NCBI GenBank assembly: GCA_963823665.1
Contig: CAWGMQ010000007.1
Coordinates: 512,001 to 576,000 of the forward strand
Length of the DNA stretch: 64,000 bases
Reading direction: 5' to 3'
DNA from: an uncultured Planctomycetota bacterium
GTDB taxonomy: Bacteria > Planctomycetota > Planctomycetia > Isosphaerales > Isosphaeraceae
Shown: positions 42,869-55,160 of the stretch, one piece after another
Layout: each line of letters begins with the position of its first letter
Numbering within the stretch: the stretch's first letter is position 1
The notes under the pieces: model-generated
Told to the model about the DNA's origin: nothing
Database searches by the model: none
Seen by the model: the letters and a program-made list of their open reading frames with translations, nothing else
Made by a program: the position numbers and the translations under genes

Positions 42869-43651
42869 TCACCAGAACTTCCAATCATGTGTCACAATAA
42901 CATAAACCCCCAGCGCCAGGTTGGCTGTCGCATGGCTGATCAGACACGCCGAAAGGGATTTGGTCCACCACAACAGCCACGCCCAGAGCGCACCGGTCAA
43001 GAGAGCGGGCAGCCATTCGGGATGTGCCAACGCAAACAAGACCGAGGTGACAGTCGCGGCGATGAGAGTCACCTTGCCGATGGACACCCGTGTGAACTCG
43101 TTGTCGATCAGCCATCGCAACAGGAACGACCGCCAGAAGAGCTCCTCGAACACTGGCACGAGCACAACCAGCCCGAGCAGCCTCACGCTGATAAACGCCC
43201 ATCGCCAGGCCGGCTCGAGAACGAACGGGTCAAACGCCGACCGGCTCCCCCCGAGAAACGTGAAGGTGGGATAATGCCCGTCGAGGCCGACCCATCCCAC
43301 ACAGACCAGGAAACCCGTCATGATTCCCAGGGCGATCGCGCCCGCATTCGGCCGCGGCCGGAAGTCGTTCCACGTTCCTCGATAATGCCAGGCCAGGAGG
43401 GAAACGATCGAGAGCTTGACGGCGTAGGCAATCGGGTAGAGCTGGAAGCCCGGCTTGCCCACGATCTGCGGCAGATAGCCTTCCAGCGCGGTAAGCCCGA
43501 CATACGCGAACATCGGCACGACGTAGGCGAGAATGCGGGCGTCTGAACTTTCGCCCGCGGCCGGCGCTGCCCCGGAAGGCACGGTCGGCTCGGCCGCGGC
43601 AAGGGCACCGGAGGAGCGATTTCTTCCAGAAGGGTCAGTGGAGTGGCTCAT
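42869..43651 (-). CDS. CAAX prenyl protease-related (CPBP) membrane protein, PEP-CTERM-associated type
   Basis: VPVFEELFWRSFLLR, LFALAH, HATAN. Confidence 0.88.
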   Translation of the reverse strand: MSHSTDPSGRNRSSGALAAAEPTVPSGAAPAAGESSDARILAYVVPMFAYVGLTALEGYLPQIVGKPGFQLYPIAYAVKLSIVSLLAWHYRGTWNDFRPRPNAGAIALGIMTGFLVCVGWVGLDGHYPTFTFLGGSRSAFDPFVLEPAWRWAFISVRLLGLVVLVPVFEELFWRSFLLRWLIDNEFTRVSIGKVTLIAATVTSVLFALAHPEWLPALLTGALWAWLLWWTKSLSACLISHATANLALGVYVIVTHDWKFW

Positions 43652-44318
43652 CGGTCAAGGGCATCCCGTCTCGAGATGCGATCAGGTGAAGAAGTGAAGG
43701 GTCATCCAGCCGGGTGACGATCAGATCGGCGGCCTGGAGCGCCTCGACCGGGCTGTGCTCGTGTGGAATTCCGACGGCGAAGGCCTCGGCGGACCTGGCG
43801 GCGGCCAGGCCGGCCGGGCTGTCCTCGAGCACGAGCATCGACCGGGCCGGCACGCCGAATCGATGGGCTGCAAGCTGATAGATCTCCGGGTCCGGCTTGC
43901 CGAGCTTCACGTCCTCCGCAGCAAGCACGAACGCAAATCGGCTCTCGAGGCCGTGGCGGACGAGCAGCCTCTCGGCATAAGCGTGGCCCGAAGAGGTCGC
44001 CACGGCGGACGGGCACTTTAGCCTCTGGAGCGAGTCGAGCAGCACAAACAGCCCCGGCATCGGATGCACTGTGGTATCGACTTCATCGTAGAAGCGCTTC
44101 CGGACGTCGGCGAGGAAATCCTCGACGGGCCCTTCCACTCCCGCGAGCGATTTCCAGAGCGGGGCAACCTCCCGCGCGCGGCGGCCGATGAACTGCTTCA
44201 TGATCTCGGGAGTGAACGCCTTCCCCCGGTCCGCGAGTGCCTCGGAGGCAACGCGGAAGAACAGGGCCTCGGTGTCGAACATCAGTCCGTCGAGATCGAA
44301 CACGACAGCGCGGATCAA
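43635..44318 (-). CDS. HAD family phosphatase
   Basis: FDLDGLMFDTE, VATSS, GKPDPEIY, LEDSPAG. Confidence 0.92.
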   Translation of the reverse strand: MIRAVVFDLDGLMFDTEALFFRVASEALADRGKAFTPEIMKQFIGRRAREVAPLWKSLAGVEGPVEDFLADVRKRFYDEVDTTVHPMPGLFVLLDSLQRLKCPSAVATSSGHAYAERLLVRHGLESRFAFVLAAEDVKLGKPDPEIYQLAAHRFGVPARSMLVLEDSPAGLAAARSAEAFAVGIPHEHSPVEALQAADLIVTRLDDPSLLHLIASRDGMPLTDEPLH

Positions 44319-45607
44319 GACCGTAGCCTCCGCGCTCGATGGCTCTCCGGAAAGAGTTCTTCCTGCTGCAGGTTTCCAAGCGCGTCGAATGGGATCGGAC
44401 GAAAGTCGCACTCGAACGTGAGCTCCGGGTGGCCCTCGACGTCGTTCCGAAGCGCGGGCGTAACCCAGAGTGTGGTCAGCTCCAGCGTGTTGGGAACGAG
44501 CACCATTCGCGCTTCGGCCATGTCAATTCGCCAGCAGGTTTCGAGCGAAGTGGCGATCACGTCGCGGTCGGTGGGCAAAGCCAGCGGCACCCGGGCGCGG
44601 GTCAGGAAATTGCTCGTGAAGCTGTTCACCTTGATCGGTTTCGGGTCGATGCTGCGCACCAGACGCTCGGTGGTCAGGTCCGCCAGCCCGATCCCCAGGG
44701 CGTTGCCGCGAGTTTCGTGAGAGAGGTCGAGCACCGCCAGGCGCGTGATGACCGGCGTCGGCAGATCGGGCATCGTTTCCACTCGCTGGCGGCCGATCAC
44801 GTTGGGGTCGAGCCCGGTGCCGCTGTAGTTCTTGCCCAGCTCGCCGACCACGAGCACGTCGATCTGCTCGATCGGCAGACGGCCCATCAGTGTTCGGGCC
44901 TCATCGAGCAGCCTGGGCTCAACCTCGAGAATCTCTTCGGGCTCGACGGCCACGATCCGGGCGGTTTCTTCGCTCGCGTTTTCGAGGATGGCCACACCCA
45001 GCGCCGCCCGCGTTTTTTCGAGCAGGAACGCGCCAACTTCGGGAACGAGCTTCAAAAGCCCCGGCAGGCCCAGCTTGTGAACCTGCGCGGCTCCCTGGCG
45101 CTTGCCCAGACCGATCGCGAGCATCTTGAGCAGCCCGCTCTCGTATCGCCCTGTGAACGACGTGTGCGGCTTGATGCGGTTGAGAACGATGATCCCATCA
45201 GCCTCGTAGGCGTGACGATCGAAATGGATCGGCAATCCGAACGAGTTGGTCCCGAGCTCGACGGTCTCCATGCTGGAACGAATCGGGCAGCCGGCCGTTG
45301 ATTCGGTTACGCCGAGCTCCGCGAGCAGCGCAGTTTGCTCGGGGGCCGTGCCGCCGCCATGGCTTCCCATCGCGGCCACCACGAATGGCTCGAAGCCGAG
45401 GCGGCGAACCGCCGCGGCTGCGGCGCCGACGATCGCGCCGATCTGGGAAATGCCTCGGCTGCCAGCGGTGATTGCAACCCGCGCGCCCGGAGCCAGTCGA
45501 GTTGCCAGGCGGCTGCGCTCGATGGCGGCCATGGTGGCGGCCCGGACGTCGGCAACAACCGGCTGCTGGTACTGGCGGCGCACGCGGGCGATTGACGGAA
45601 GGCTCAT
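44315..45607 (-). CDS. lactate racemase (LarA-like)/DUF362 domain protein
   Basis: AGSRGI, AMGSHGG, NRIKPHT, GKNYSGTGLDPNV. Confidence 0.8.
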   Translation of the reverse strand: MSLPSIARVRRQYQQPVVADVRAATMAAIERSRLATRLAPGARVAITAGSRGISQIGAIVGAAAAAVRRLGFEPFVVAAMGSHGGGTAPEQTALLAELGVTESTAGCPIRSSMETVELGTNSFGLPIHFDRHAYEADGIIVLNRIKPHTSFTGRYESGLLKMLAIGLGKRQGAAQVHKLGLPGLLKLVPEVGAFLLEKTRAALGVAILENASEETARIVAVEPEEILEVEPRLLDEARTLMGRLPIEQIDVLVVGELGKNYSGTGLDPNVIGRQRVETMPDLPTPVITRLAVLDLSHETRGNALGIGLADLTTERLVRSIDPKPIKVNSFTSNFLTRARVPLALPTDRDVIATSLETCWRIDMAEARMVLVPNTLELTTLWVTPALRNDVEGHPELTFECDFRPIPFDALGNLQQEELFPESHRARRLRS

Positions 45608-45801
45608 CAGTTGGGTTCGTCCAGGTCAGTGCTGGTGGCTTCTCGGGCATTCGCACCGTTCAATTCGCGAGGCGCTATCCTAAACCATTTCCCGGAAAAC
45701 GACCAAGCCCCTCGCGACCTTCAAGAAGGCGGCGAGGGGCCGAGTTGGTTTGGTCGGTTGTCTTGTCGTGGGCTCGCGCGGCTTGGCGAGATTCGCCTGC
45801 T

Positions 45802-46620
45802 TCAGGCTACGAGATCGCGGCGGCGGAACCGCCGGCCGATTGCCAGGCACGCAACCACACCGGCCCAGGCCAGCACGGTGGCCGGCTCAGGTGCCGGCAC
45901 CTGGTCGATGGGGCCGCCTGTCGGCGAATAGGCCTTGGGATAGAGCGTCTGGGGCTCGGGATTCTGAACGCTCACAAATTGCTGCGTGAACGGCTGGTTG
46001 GAGATGACCACCAGCGTGCCGCTCAAGGCACCGGCCGCCAGCGGCCCGCTGTTGGTGGACGGATTCAGGTACTGGAAGGTCAGCGATCCGGTGGTCGAGC
46101 TCGGCAGCCACGAGATCGACGACGGGACCTGGATCACGCTGCCAGGCGCGGCGGTTGGAACGTTGATGCCGCCGACCTGTCCGTTGGTCACCACGTAGGC
46201 GTAGGTGGTGCCGGTTCCGGTGAAGTTCGTGCCCAGCGGCGTCGCGTTGAACAGCATCGACGCGCTGTTCACGCTCGTGAGCTGCTGGATCGACGTGTCC
46301 ATGGCGCTGTTGACGCCAAACTGATAGGCGTAGGCATAGTAGCCGGAGGCGGCGGTGTTGGCGTTGCCCGTGAACACCTGCGACTCGACGACACCCGCGT
46401 TCGGGGTGTTCATGAAGTCGTAGCCCGCCGTGAGCACCGTCGTGCTCGGCGTGAACAGGTTATTGAACTGAGCCGCGCTCATCGACGTCGGGGTCAGGTT
46501 CTGGACAACGGGAGACGTCGAGCTCGAGTTCTGGACAATGGGATCTGCTTGAGCGAGAGGGGCTGCCAGGCTCAAAACGAGTCCAGCCCCCAGGGCGAGA
46601 GCGTACTTGAACATTTTCAT
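45802..46620 (-). CDS. PEP-CTERM sorting domain protein
   Basis: Signal peptide; C-terminal VPAPEPAT, TM segment, RRFRRR. Confidence 0.88.
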   Translation of the reverse strand: MKMFKYALALGAGLVLSLAAPLAQADPIVQNSSSTSPVVQNLTPTSMSAAQFNNLFTPSTTVLTAGYDFMNTPNAGVVESQVFTGNANTAASGYYAYAYQFGVNSAMDTSIQQLTSVNSASMLFNATPLGTNFTGTGTTYAYVVTNGQVGGINVPTAAPGSVIQVPSSISWLPSSTTGSLTFQYLNPSTNSGPLAAGALSGTLVVISNQPFTQQFVSVQNPEPQTLYPKAYSPTGGPIDQVPAPEPATVLAWAGVVACLAIGRRFRRRDLVA

Positions 46621-46943
46621 TCTAGCGATCTTCCAGGGTTGATCGGGAAGGTCCGTCATGTAAACGAACCCAAGAAGCGAGTCATTCCATAACTCGCCCA
46701 CCCGGAGAACGTCTCCGGACGGGGCCCCGCGGGACTTTCGTCGCGTCGAGCGCGGGCCGGATAGGATCCCCGAGAAAAAGCCTCGATTCGATTCGCCGAG
46801 ACTCGGTGGGATCAACGTCTCTGCCTTGGCTCCCACGCTGATTTCGCCAAGGCGTCCGGGACCCTATCAGGAACATCAAAATGGGTCAACACGATTTTTG
46901 TAAAGGTTTCAGTCTGGGTGAATGACACCGGGGGAGTTCTTTT

Positions 46944-47837
46944 TCAGTTGCTTGATCCGGACTGTGGCCGTGATATGTGCGGCATCGCCGACTCCACGGC
47001 TACGCCATCGAGATTCGGGCTAGAGAACGACCCGGGGAGGTGGGCGGGGCTCGAATCGGCTACCTGAGACTCGGCGGTTGATTCGCGTGGCTCCTCGGCC
47101 TCCGCCGGCTCGAGATCCACTTCCTCCGGCTTGGCTGAGGCTTCCGTTTCAGCTTCGCTTTCGCTCGCGGCGGTTTGAGAGCCCTGACTGCCCGGCAATT
47201 TGCCGATCGAGAGCGGGTCGAGGTCGTCTTCCAGCACCGGCGGCCCCACAGGCTGGCCCGGCGGCGCCGGCCGCGATAGTAGCGAATGAGCAGCCAGACC
47301 ACGACGGCGACCGCCACCCCCACCAGGATCCATTGCTGCACTTCGCGAATTCCTTGCTGGATCTGATAGGCGAAAGCGTATCCCAGCCCAAAAAAGAACA
47401 TCGTGCTGACTGACGCGGCCACCAGATCGGTCAAGACCAGCTTGAGCGGCGGAAGCTTGAGAATTCCCGCCGTCAGATACGCAGCCGTGCGGAAACCGGG
47501 CACGAAACGTCCCGAGACCAGAATCTTGAACCCGTGGCGGTGAAAATAGCCCTTGATCTGATTCTCCCGCTGGCGGGTCAACAGCCTGCGCGTGAGCGGG
47601 AAGGCTGAGCACTTTTTCGCCGTAGAAGAAGCCCAGGAAATAGACGACCAGGTCACCGAGCAGAACACCGCTCAAGCAACTGCCCAGCGCCAGCGGCCAG
47701 CTCAATTTGCCGTTTCGGCTCAGCACGGCCGCGACAATGATCGGCGCTTCTTCGGGGATCGGTAAGCCCAGTCCGCCCAGGATCAGAATGAGGGCGATTC
47801 CCACGTATCCAAGCTGTGCGATGAGTTGCTCGGTCAA
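46944..47837 (-). CDS. DedA family membrane protein (frameshifts ~47600 and ~47265)
   Basis: GLPIPEE, LLGDLVVY, GRFVPGFRT. Confidence 0.85.
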   Translation of the reverse strand: MTEQLIAQLGYVGIALILILGGLGLPIPEEAPIIVAAVLSRNGKLSWPLALGSCLSGVLLGDLVVYFLGFFYGEKVLSLPAHAQAVDPPAGESDQGLFSPPRVQDSGLGTFRARFPHGCVSDGGNSQASAAQAGLDRSGGRVSQHDVLFWAGIRFRLSDPARNSRSAAMDPGGGGGRRRGLAAHSLLSRPAPPGQPVGPPVLEDDLDPLSIGKLPGSQGSQTAASESEAETEASAKPEEVDLEPAEAEEPRESTAESQVADSSPAHLPGSFSSPNLDGVAVESAMPHISRPQSGSSN

Positions 47838-47981
47838 CGAACGCCGGCTCCCGGACTGGGCAGAAGAAAGTATGGCTAAACGATTAAAGGCTGCGCCCGA
47901 ACAAGCGAAATCGGGGGTATCATACCGTGCCAGTGCGCCGTCCAGCAGCTCTCTTCCCGGGGCAAGAAACTGTTGATGCTG

Positions 47982-48398
47982 TCAACGCGTGGAATTCTGC
48001 CTCCGGGCGCGATTCTCATCCACGCTGGCACCGAACCGCTCGGCCCAGTCGTGCAAACCCACCAGGGCCGGTACCAGGGAAGAGCCCAGCTCGGTCAAAC
48101 GATACTCGACGCGCGGCGGGACCTCGGCGTAGACTCGCCGATCCACGATCCCCGCCTGCTCCAGCTCACGAAGCCGCTTCGTAAGCTCTTTCTGCGTAAT
48201 CGGTTCGACGGCCCGCTGGAGCTTCCGGAACCTCACCGGCCCGCCACCTTCGTGCAACGCGAAGAGAATGTGGATTGTCCATTTGTGGGCGATCAGATCG
48301 ATCGCCCGACTCGCCGGACAGTCCTTCGGAACCGGTCGCTCGGCCGCAAGCCTTTCCGGCAAATGCTTTTGCTCGTCAGTCGTTGCTTTGCTCATCAA
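47982..48398 (-). CDS. HxlR family winged-helix regulator
   Basis: CP..LIAHKWT, ITQKELTKRLRELE, VPPRVEYRLT. Confidence 0.92.
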   Translation of the reverse strand: MMSKATTDEQKHLPERLAAERPVPKDCPASRAIDLIAHKWTIHILFALHEGGGPVRFRKLQRAVEPITQKELTKRLRELEQAGIVDRRVYAEVPPRVEYRLTELGSSLVPALVGLHDWAERFGASVDENRARRQNSTR

Positions 48399-48532
48399 TC
48401 GTGGTATCCAACTGGTACCTACGTTCCTGTTTGGTGCCTACTTGCCAGGAGATATCAGACGTCTATTGTTTACGCAGGAAGAGTTGACGGTCAATATGCG
48501 GTTCTTTGTCGCGCAGATGAGGGGATGATACG

Positions 48533-49228
48533 ATGATTAAGCTTCGACCGGCCGCGGAACGGGGCAGGGCGGATTACGGCTGGCTCGATACCCGGCACAG
48601 CTTCTCGTTCAATGACTATCATGACGCGCACCATATGGGGTTTCGTGCACTGCGGGTGATCAATGAAGATTGGATTGCGCCGGGAAAAGGCTTCGGTACC
48701 CACGGGCATCGCGACATGGAGATCGTGACGTATGTTCTCGAGGGCGCAGTGGCACACAAGGACAGTCTGGGCAACGGCTCGGTGCTTCGGCCGGGCGAGT
48801 TTCAGCGGATGACGGCCGGGACCGGCATCGAGCACAGCGAGTTCAATCCGTCGGAGACGGAGCCGGTGCATCTCTATCAGATCTGGCTCTTCCCCGAGAA
48901 GCGCGGGCTGCCCCGAGCTACGATCAGCGAGCGTTTCCGGATGAGGAGCGACAGGGCAAGCTGCGTGTCGTCGCGTCGCCGGACGGGCGGGACGGGTCGC
49001 TCACCATCCGTCAAGATTCGCAAATCTTTCTGGCAACGCTTGCCGCCGGAGAGCGCGTATCGTACGAGCTTGCGCCGGGGCGTCATGCCTGGGTTCAAGT
49101 GTTGCGCGGAGCAATCGAGATGAATGGCGTCGAACTTGCCCTGAGTGATGGCGCTGCGATCAGCGAGGAAAGGGGTTTGGCCCTGCGCGAAGCACGCGTC
49201 GGAGGTGATGCTCTTTGACTTGGCATAG
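48533..49228 (+). CDS. pirin family protein (frameshifts ~48915 and ~49190)
   Basis: [37 protein letters not shown]. Confidence 0.92.
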
Positions 49229-49250
49229 TGAAGATGGCTGGGCGGGAGCC

Positions 49251-50087
49251 CTATCGCCGGCGAGCCGAGAACGCCGACACGGCGTTGAGCACAGTTCCGG
49301 CGACCATCACGATCGCGATGACGATGGGAATGTGAAACCAGCGCGCGTTCATCCAGGCCAGGATATCGCCACCGCGGAAGATCATCGCCAGGAAAACGCC
49401 ACCCCCGCACGCGGAGCGTACCGCCGCGATGACTCGCTCCGCGCGCGACAACATTGTCCACTGATGCCGGAAGCGATTCCTGGCACCGCGATCCTTCAAT
49501 AATCTCGACAACGCGAATAATGCAAATGCTGGCACCAGAATGAGAGCGAGGAGCACAACACGCCCCCCGCGCTGAGCCAACCAGATGCCCGGACCGATCC
49601 ATTCGATGAGGACGATCGCGACGACGGCGAACAAAAAGACTGGCAGAGTTCGGACGAACGAAGCGCGTTCAAGCATCCGATCGGGGATTGGCGGCTTCGG
49701 CATCGGAACGAGACCGCCCGTTCGGTTGTACCAGCTCACCATCTCAAGCCACGATTGCAAGAAGAGCCACACGATCAGGAATCCGAGAATCAAGTTGATT
49801 CCAAGGAAAGCGGATACGCTCCACTCCCGAATTTGTTGCGGGGTGCCTGATAGGGACCGCAAGATCCAGGCCGCGATGGCGTTCGGAATTGAGAACACCA
49901 CTACGAGGATCATCAGAGCTTTGATCGTGAAACGCAGCCGCTGAACACCCTGGTCAGTTGGTGGTGGTTTGACATACTTCGCTTCGTAGCAGCTCGAACA
50001 GTAGAAGCCTTCCTCGCTGCGGCCGTCGGCCTCTCGCTGGGTGACGCGGCACGTTGCCGGGCTGAACACGCAGAGCTGGCAACTCAT
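49251..50087 (-). CDS. hypothetical membrane protein with N-terminal CxxC motifs
   Basis: CQLC..CSSC, RFTIKALM, about six TM segments. Confidence 0.6.
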   Translation of the reverse strand: MSCQLCVFSPATCRVTQREADGRSEEGFYCSSCYEAKYVKPPPTDQGVQRLRFTIKALMILVVVFSIPNAIAAWILRSLSGTPQQIREWSVSAFLGINLILGFLIVWLFLQSWLEMVSWYNRTGGLVPMPKPPIPDRMLERASFVRTLPVFLFAVVAIVLIEWIGPGIWLAQRGGRVVLLALILVPAFALFALSRLLKDRGARNRFRHQWTMLSRAERVIAAVRSACGGGVFLAMIFRGGDILAWMNARWFHIPIVIAIVMVAGTVLNAVSAFSARRR

Positions 50088-50358
50088 GCCTTCCAGGTTT
50101 TTGCGATCGACCGAGATGTCACTGATCATGGCCAGCGCGAGCTTGAGCTCGTGCCCCTTCAAGCTGACGCGGGTTTACTCGCGGAGGATCAAAAACAAAG
50201 CGATCGCTAAGAATCTTGTATTCGAGATGCTGTTTGTTTGCACTAAGGATGCGGTTGGTCCGTGAAAGTGTGCGAGTGGCAGGCCGGTTGTGTGGAGATT
50301 GACGGTCGGTGAAGATCGCCCGGTCGGAGACTCGGGCCAAACAGCAGAGATCCCGTTC

Positions 50359-53244
50359 ATGGATAATCGACCGGCTGACACGGTCTCTCATGATCTCGAC
50401 GCATTGTTCCGCCTGGGCGTCGTCGCGGCGATGAGCGACGAGCAGCTCCTGGAGCACTTCACGGCGCAGAGCGAATCAGCCGGCGAGATCGCGTTTGAAG
50501 CCATCGTGCGACGGCACGGGCCGATGGTGATGGGCGTCTGCCGGCGCCTACTCGGCAACCAGCACGATGCCGAGGATGCGTTCCAGGCGACATTCATCGT
50601 GCTCGCGCTCCGGGCAGGAGCCGTTCGCAAGAGGCAATCACTGGGTCCCTGGCTGCATGGAGTCGCGGCTCGGATCTGCGGGCGAGCGAGGCTGGTGAGC
50701 CGCCGGCGCAGGGAAGCGGAGCTTCCAGCCGAGGCTTTGAACGACCACCGCAGTCACGACCCAGCTCTGGGCGATCTCAATTAGGTACTCGATGAAGAGC
50801 TTCGAAGGCTGCCCGAGAAATATCGGCGGCCAATCGTGCTTTGCTATCTCGAAGGCCGGTCCCAGGAAGATGCCGCACGCGAGCTGGGATGGACGAAGGG
50901 AACCATCTCCGGAAGGCTGGCGCGTGCCAAAGAGGTTTTGCAACGCCGGCTGATCCGTCGTGGCCTGGCTCCGGCGGCGGCGCTCGTGGCGACGTCTTTC
51001 GCTTCGGAAGCGGCTGGCGCGGCAGTCAGTACGCCCCTCCTGACGGCGACGGTTCGAACAGCTACCCTCGCGAGCTTCTCCGGCTTGAAAACCGGATCGA
51101 TGACGGTCGAAGTGGGGACACTCGTCCGGCTCGGTGTCAGGGCGCTCTTGCTCGGGCGAGTCGCGAGATTGTCTGCCGTGTTGCTTGCGCTCGGGCTGGG
51201 AGCGTCGGCGATCGCCACGCAGATCATCGGGCCGGCACGACCAGACCGGCACGGACACGCGGACGACACGGCCCTGGCATTGGCCGGACGACGAAAGACG
51301 GAGCCTACGCCGCGCCTCGATCGCTTCGGCGATCCTTTGCCGGCGCCGATCATGATGCGACTCGGCACCATCCAGCGGCGACACACCACGAGGGTGGTGG
51401 GCGTGACATTTACTCGTGACGGAAACTCGGCCCTGACAGCTCAGGCAGACGGGCTCGTGCGATTCTGGAACGTCGAGCGTGGGAGCCAGGAACGCATCAT
51501 CGACGTGACGGCAGCCACGCCCGGGGTAAACAAGTCGATCCGGCAGGTGGCGACTTCGCACGATGGCCGGTATCTGGCCGCTGCGGGGCTCGTTCGGAGC
51601 GATGGTGCCGGACGCCCCGTCGGCAAGCTCTGGATTCTGAGTCTGTCCGACTCAAGCGTGCTCCGGACGATCGACACGAACACGATGGATCTCCAGTGCC
51701 TGTCGTTGTCGCCGGATGGGACGATCATCGCGACCGGCGAGCACGCAGGAGAAGTCAAGCTGTGGAATACCCAAACGGGTGACTGTTTCAAAACGACCAA
51801 ACTGCTGGAGATTCAACCTGTCTTTGCTCTCGCGTTCGCACCGGATGGAAAAATTCTGGCGACAAACCAGATCGGAAAAGGCGTTGTGCTCTGGCATCTG
51901 AACAGCGGCGAGACCGAGCGGATTGCGATGCCCTTGATCGACGGAGCGTCACCGTACTTCTCGGACGACGGGCGCTACCTGGCGACGAGCACACGTGACG
52001 GCGAGTCGACGATCTGGGACCGCCGAACGAGCCAGAGACATTGCGTTGCTCGTGGGTTTGCGCAGGGATTCACGCCGGACGGGAATTCACTTGCGGTGAT
52101 CCGTCCTGTAGACGGATCGATCGCGCTCGTCGACATTGAGACCGGGCAAGACCGCTGGAAGGCGGTTCTCGGGCCTGCGCTTCAGCCCGGCGGACTCGCC
52201 TTTGCGCCTGACGGAACAACGATGATCGTGGGCTGGGACAACGTGCTGAGAGTCTTCGAGACCGTTGGCGGACGCGAGCGGTTCGAGAGCGACGCCGCGC
52301 ATCGGGGCGCCGTGAGCGCGATTGGCTACATGCCGGGTGGAAGAACGGCGATCACTGCCGGAAATGACGGCACCATCCGGCAGTGGGACGCCGCGAGCGG
52401 CCGCCAGCTCCGAGTGATGAGCGACGCCCTGGTCGCGCAGCTCCTGGCGATCTCACCGGACGGAACCACATTGGCCTCGACGTCGCTTCGCGCGCCGGCG
52501 AATGCGCCGGCCTTCCGCGTCTGGAACCTGACTAACGGCAGCCTCGAGCGCGAGTATCAAACAAAGAAAACCGTGAACGGCACAAAGGCCCTGGCATTCT
52601 CGACCGACGGCAAGCTCGTTCTCTTTTACGCACACAGTCTCGGGCTCAAAGTGGTCGATGTCTCGAGCGGACAAGAGCAGCCGGCCGTTCAGCCGCGGTT
52701 CGTGCTCGGCCCGGACGAAGCGGCTGAGCTCAACCTGGCGGCGATCGCTTTTGCTCCTGGTAATCGATATCTCGCGATCTGCACGGGGACGGTCACGCAC
52801 GTAGCTGAGCTGGAGAGCGGCGTGGAACGGTTCTCGTGTTCCGGCTATGCCATGACGTTCACGCCCGATGGACAAGGTCTGGCCGTGGCGAGCCAGGGCG
52901 ATCGGTCCGCCAACCACGGGATGAGCGAAGCCGGGATGGGTGAAGGCTCGGTCGAAATCGTCGAGATCAGTACAGGTACGCGGAAACGGATCGCCGTGCC
53001 GGCTGATCGGGTAGGGGCGCTGGCATTCTCGCCCGACGGGCGAATCGTTGCGGTCGCCCTGGGCTCGCGTGAATCCCGCATTCGACTCTATTCGGCGGAA
53101 AACTTGCACGAAATCGACACGTTCGTTTGCCCCGCGACTCGCACACACCCGGGCGCGCTCGCGTTTGCGCCCGATTCCCGCGGCTTGGCGGTGGGCCTCG
53201 ACGATACAACCGCGGTCATCTATAACATAGGCGGTGCTCGATGA
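50359..53244 (+). CDS. ECF sigma factor fused to TM and WD40 repeats; internal TAG at 50782-50784
   Basis: SDEQLL, RHGPMV, AEDAFQATF, LCYLEG, GTISGRL, DRFGDPLP, WD repeats; same frame either side of the stop. Confidence 0.88.
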
Positions 53245-55030
53245 ATCTCCGGTCGCAGAACCAGGCGCCGCGATCGATGAACGCGGCGATCAATTCCAGC
53301 ACCCTGATCCTCGCGGCGGTTCTTACCGTCATGGCCGCCGTGGCGGGTCGCGCCGGAGACATCGATTCGCTCTCGCTTTCGGACCGCGAGGCCTACGCGA
53401 AGGCGGCGGAGGCCGCGCGTCACGACCCGGCCGCCCACGTGCGGCTGGCGCTCTGGTGTGAGGCGCATGACTGCTCGACCGAACGTGCCAGGCATCTTGC
53501 GCTGGCGGTGAAGTATGATTCGTCGAACGCACTGGCAAGGGGGTTGCTGGGTCTGCTCGAGCATCAGAAGCTGTGGGGCCGGCCCGATGACGTCGCGCAG
53601 CAGATTCGGGACGACCCGGCAGGAATCGCTTTGATCTCCGAGTACAACGAGCGACGCTCCGGCACACCCGCCAAGGTCGACGCCCTGTTGAAGCTGGCAC
53701 AATGGTGCGCAGAGCGCAGGCTGAACGAGCAGGCCGCGCTCCTCTACAACCAGGTGCTGGTGCTTGACCCGTCGCGGGAAATTGCGTGGCGGCATCTGGG
53801 ATACAAGAAGCAGGGCAAGGGCTGGGTCAAGCCGGAGCACCTCGCGGCCGCGAAGCATAACTCCGCACTTCAGAAGCAAGCAGACAGGAGCTGGAAGACC
53901 AAGCTCGAGAAGATGCGCGAGTGGCTCTTGAGCAAGGATGGCGCGAAACGAGCGAAGGCTGAAGAGGAGCTGGCAGCCGTGACCGACCCGCGCGCGGTTC
54001 CGATGATTTGGGCGATTTTCGTGCGCGGGGGGCGCGCCTTCAGAATGCCGCGGTGCAGATACTCTCGCAGATCGATGGTCCCTCGGCGTCGAACGGATTG
54101 GCGGCGCTGGCGGTTTTCAGCCGCGTGCCGGAGGTGAGGTCTCGCGCGCTCGAGGCGCTCAAACGCCGCGATCCGCATCGTCGTGACCAGCAGGCGCCCG
54201 GCCCCTCGGCGGCGATCGGACTGATGATCCAGGCAGGGGGCACCGCGGCACAGCAAGACATGAATATCGTCCGCGACATGCTTGCCATCGCCCAGGCCAA
54301 GCTAAACTTGCAGCAGAAGCTGGCCATGGACATACAGATCATCGAATCGATCAATGCCGGTATCAAGATGACCAACGATCGCGTACAGCCGGTTCTGAGC
54401 GCGATTGCCGGAACGGATCTGGGGGCCGACCCCGAGAAGTGGCGGAACTGGTGGATTGGATTGCTGCGGAACAGCACGGGAACAAGTCAGACCCTCGCGA
54501 GTCGCGGTGGAACCCGAACCGCAGAAGGCCCCCAAGCTTTTGTGGGTGTGGCGTCTCTTGGAGCTGGTACCCTGGTTCATACGCTCGAAGGCCCGCGGCC
54601 GATTGAGAAAATCAACGTGAACGACCGAGTGCTGGCGCAGGATACGACGTCGGGCAAGCTGTCGTTTCAGCCGGTCGTGGCTGTTCGGGCCGCTGTGTCT
54701 GCCCCGACCTTCAACGTGCGAGCGGGTGGTGTATCGATTCCCGTGACGGGATTGCTTCGCTTCTGGAAGGCCGGGAAAGGCTGGACGATGGCGCGAGACC
54801 TGAGAGCCGGCGATCGGTTGCGGGTGGCTGGGGATATCGTGCTGGTCGAGTCGGTCGAACCGCAAGCGAGTCAGCCGGTTTACAACATCGGCGTTGCCGA
54901 ATGCGGCGATCTGTTCGTGGGAGCGAACAGGGTACCGGTGCACGACTTCGCTGTCGTGCAACCGGTGCTTGCGTTGTTTGACCGAGCTGTTGACCTCCAG
55001 GCGATGAAGGCTTCCGGCGGCGGCGAGTGA
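53241..55030 (+). CDS. helical-repeat protein with C-terminal Hint (PT-HINT/BIL-like) domain; frameshift ~54035
   Basis: GAGTLVHTLEGPRPIEKI, GWTMARDL, VYNIGV, VHD. Confidence 0.8.
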
Positions 55031-55160
55031 GTCGCTGGTGACTCCCGTCCGGGGCTCGCTGTGCACTGCGATCGGCGGTACACTCGGGGAGTGTTTCGGG
55101 CTATGCAAATCGCGACGGCGGTTTTGCGCGTGCAGCACTTCCCGTCATCGGAGTTTCGAC

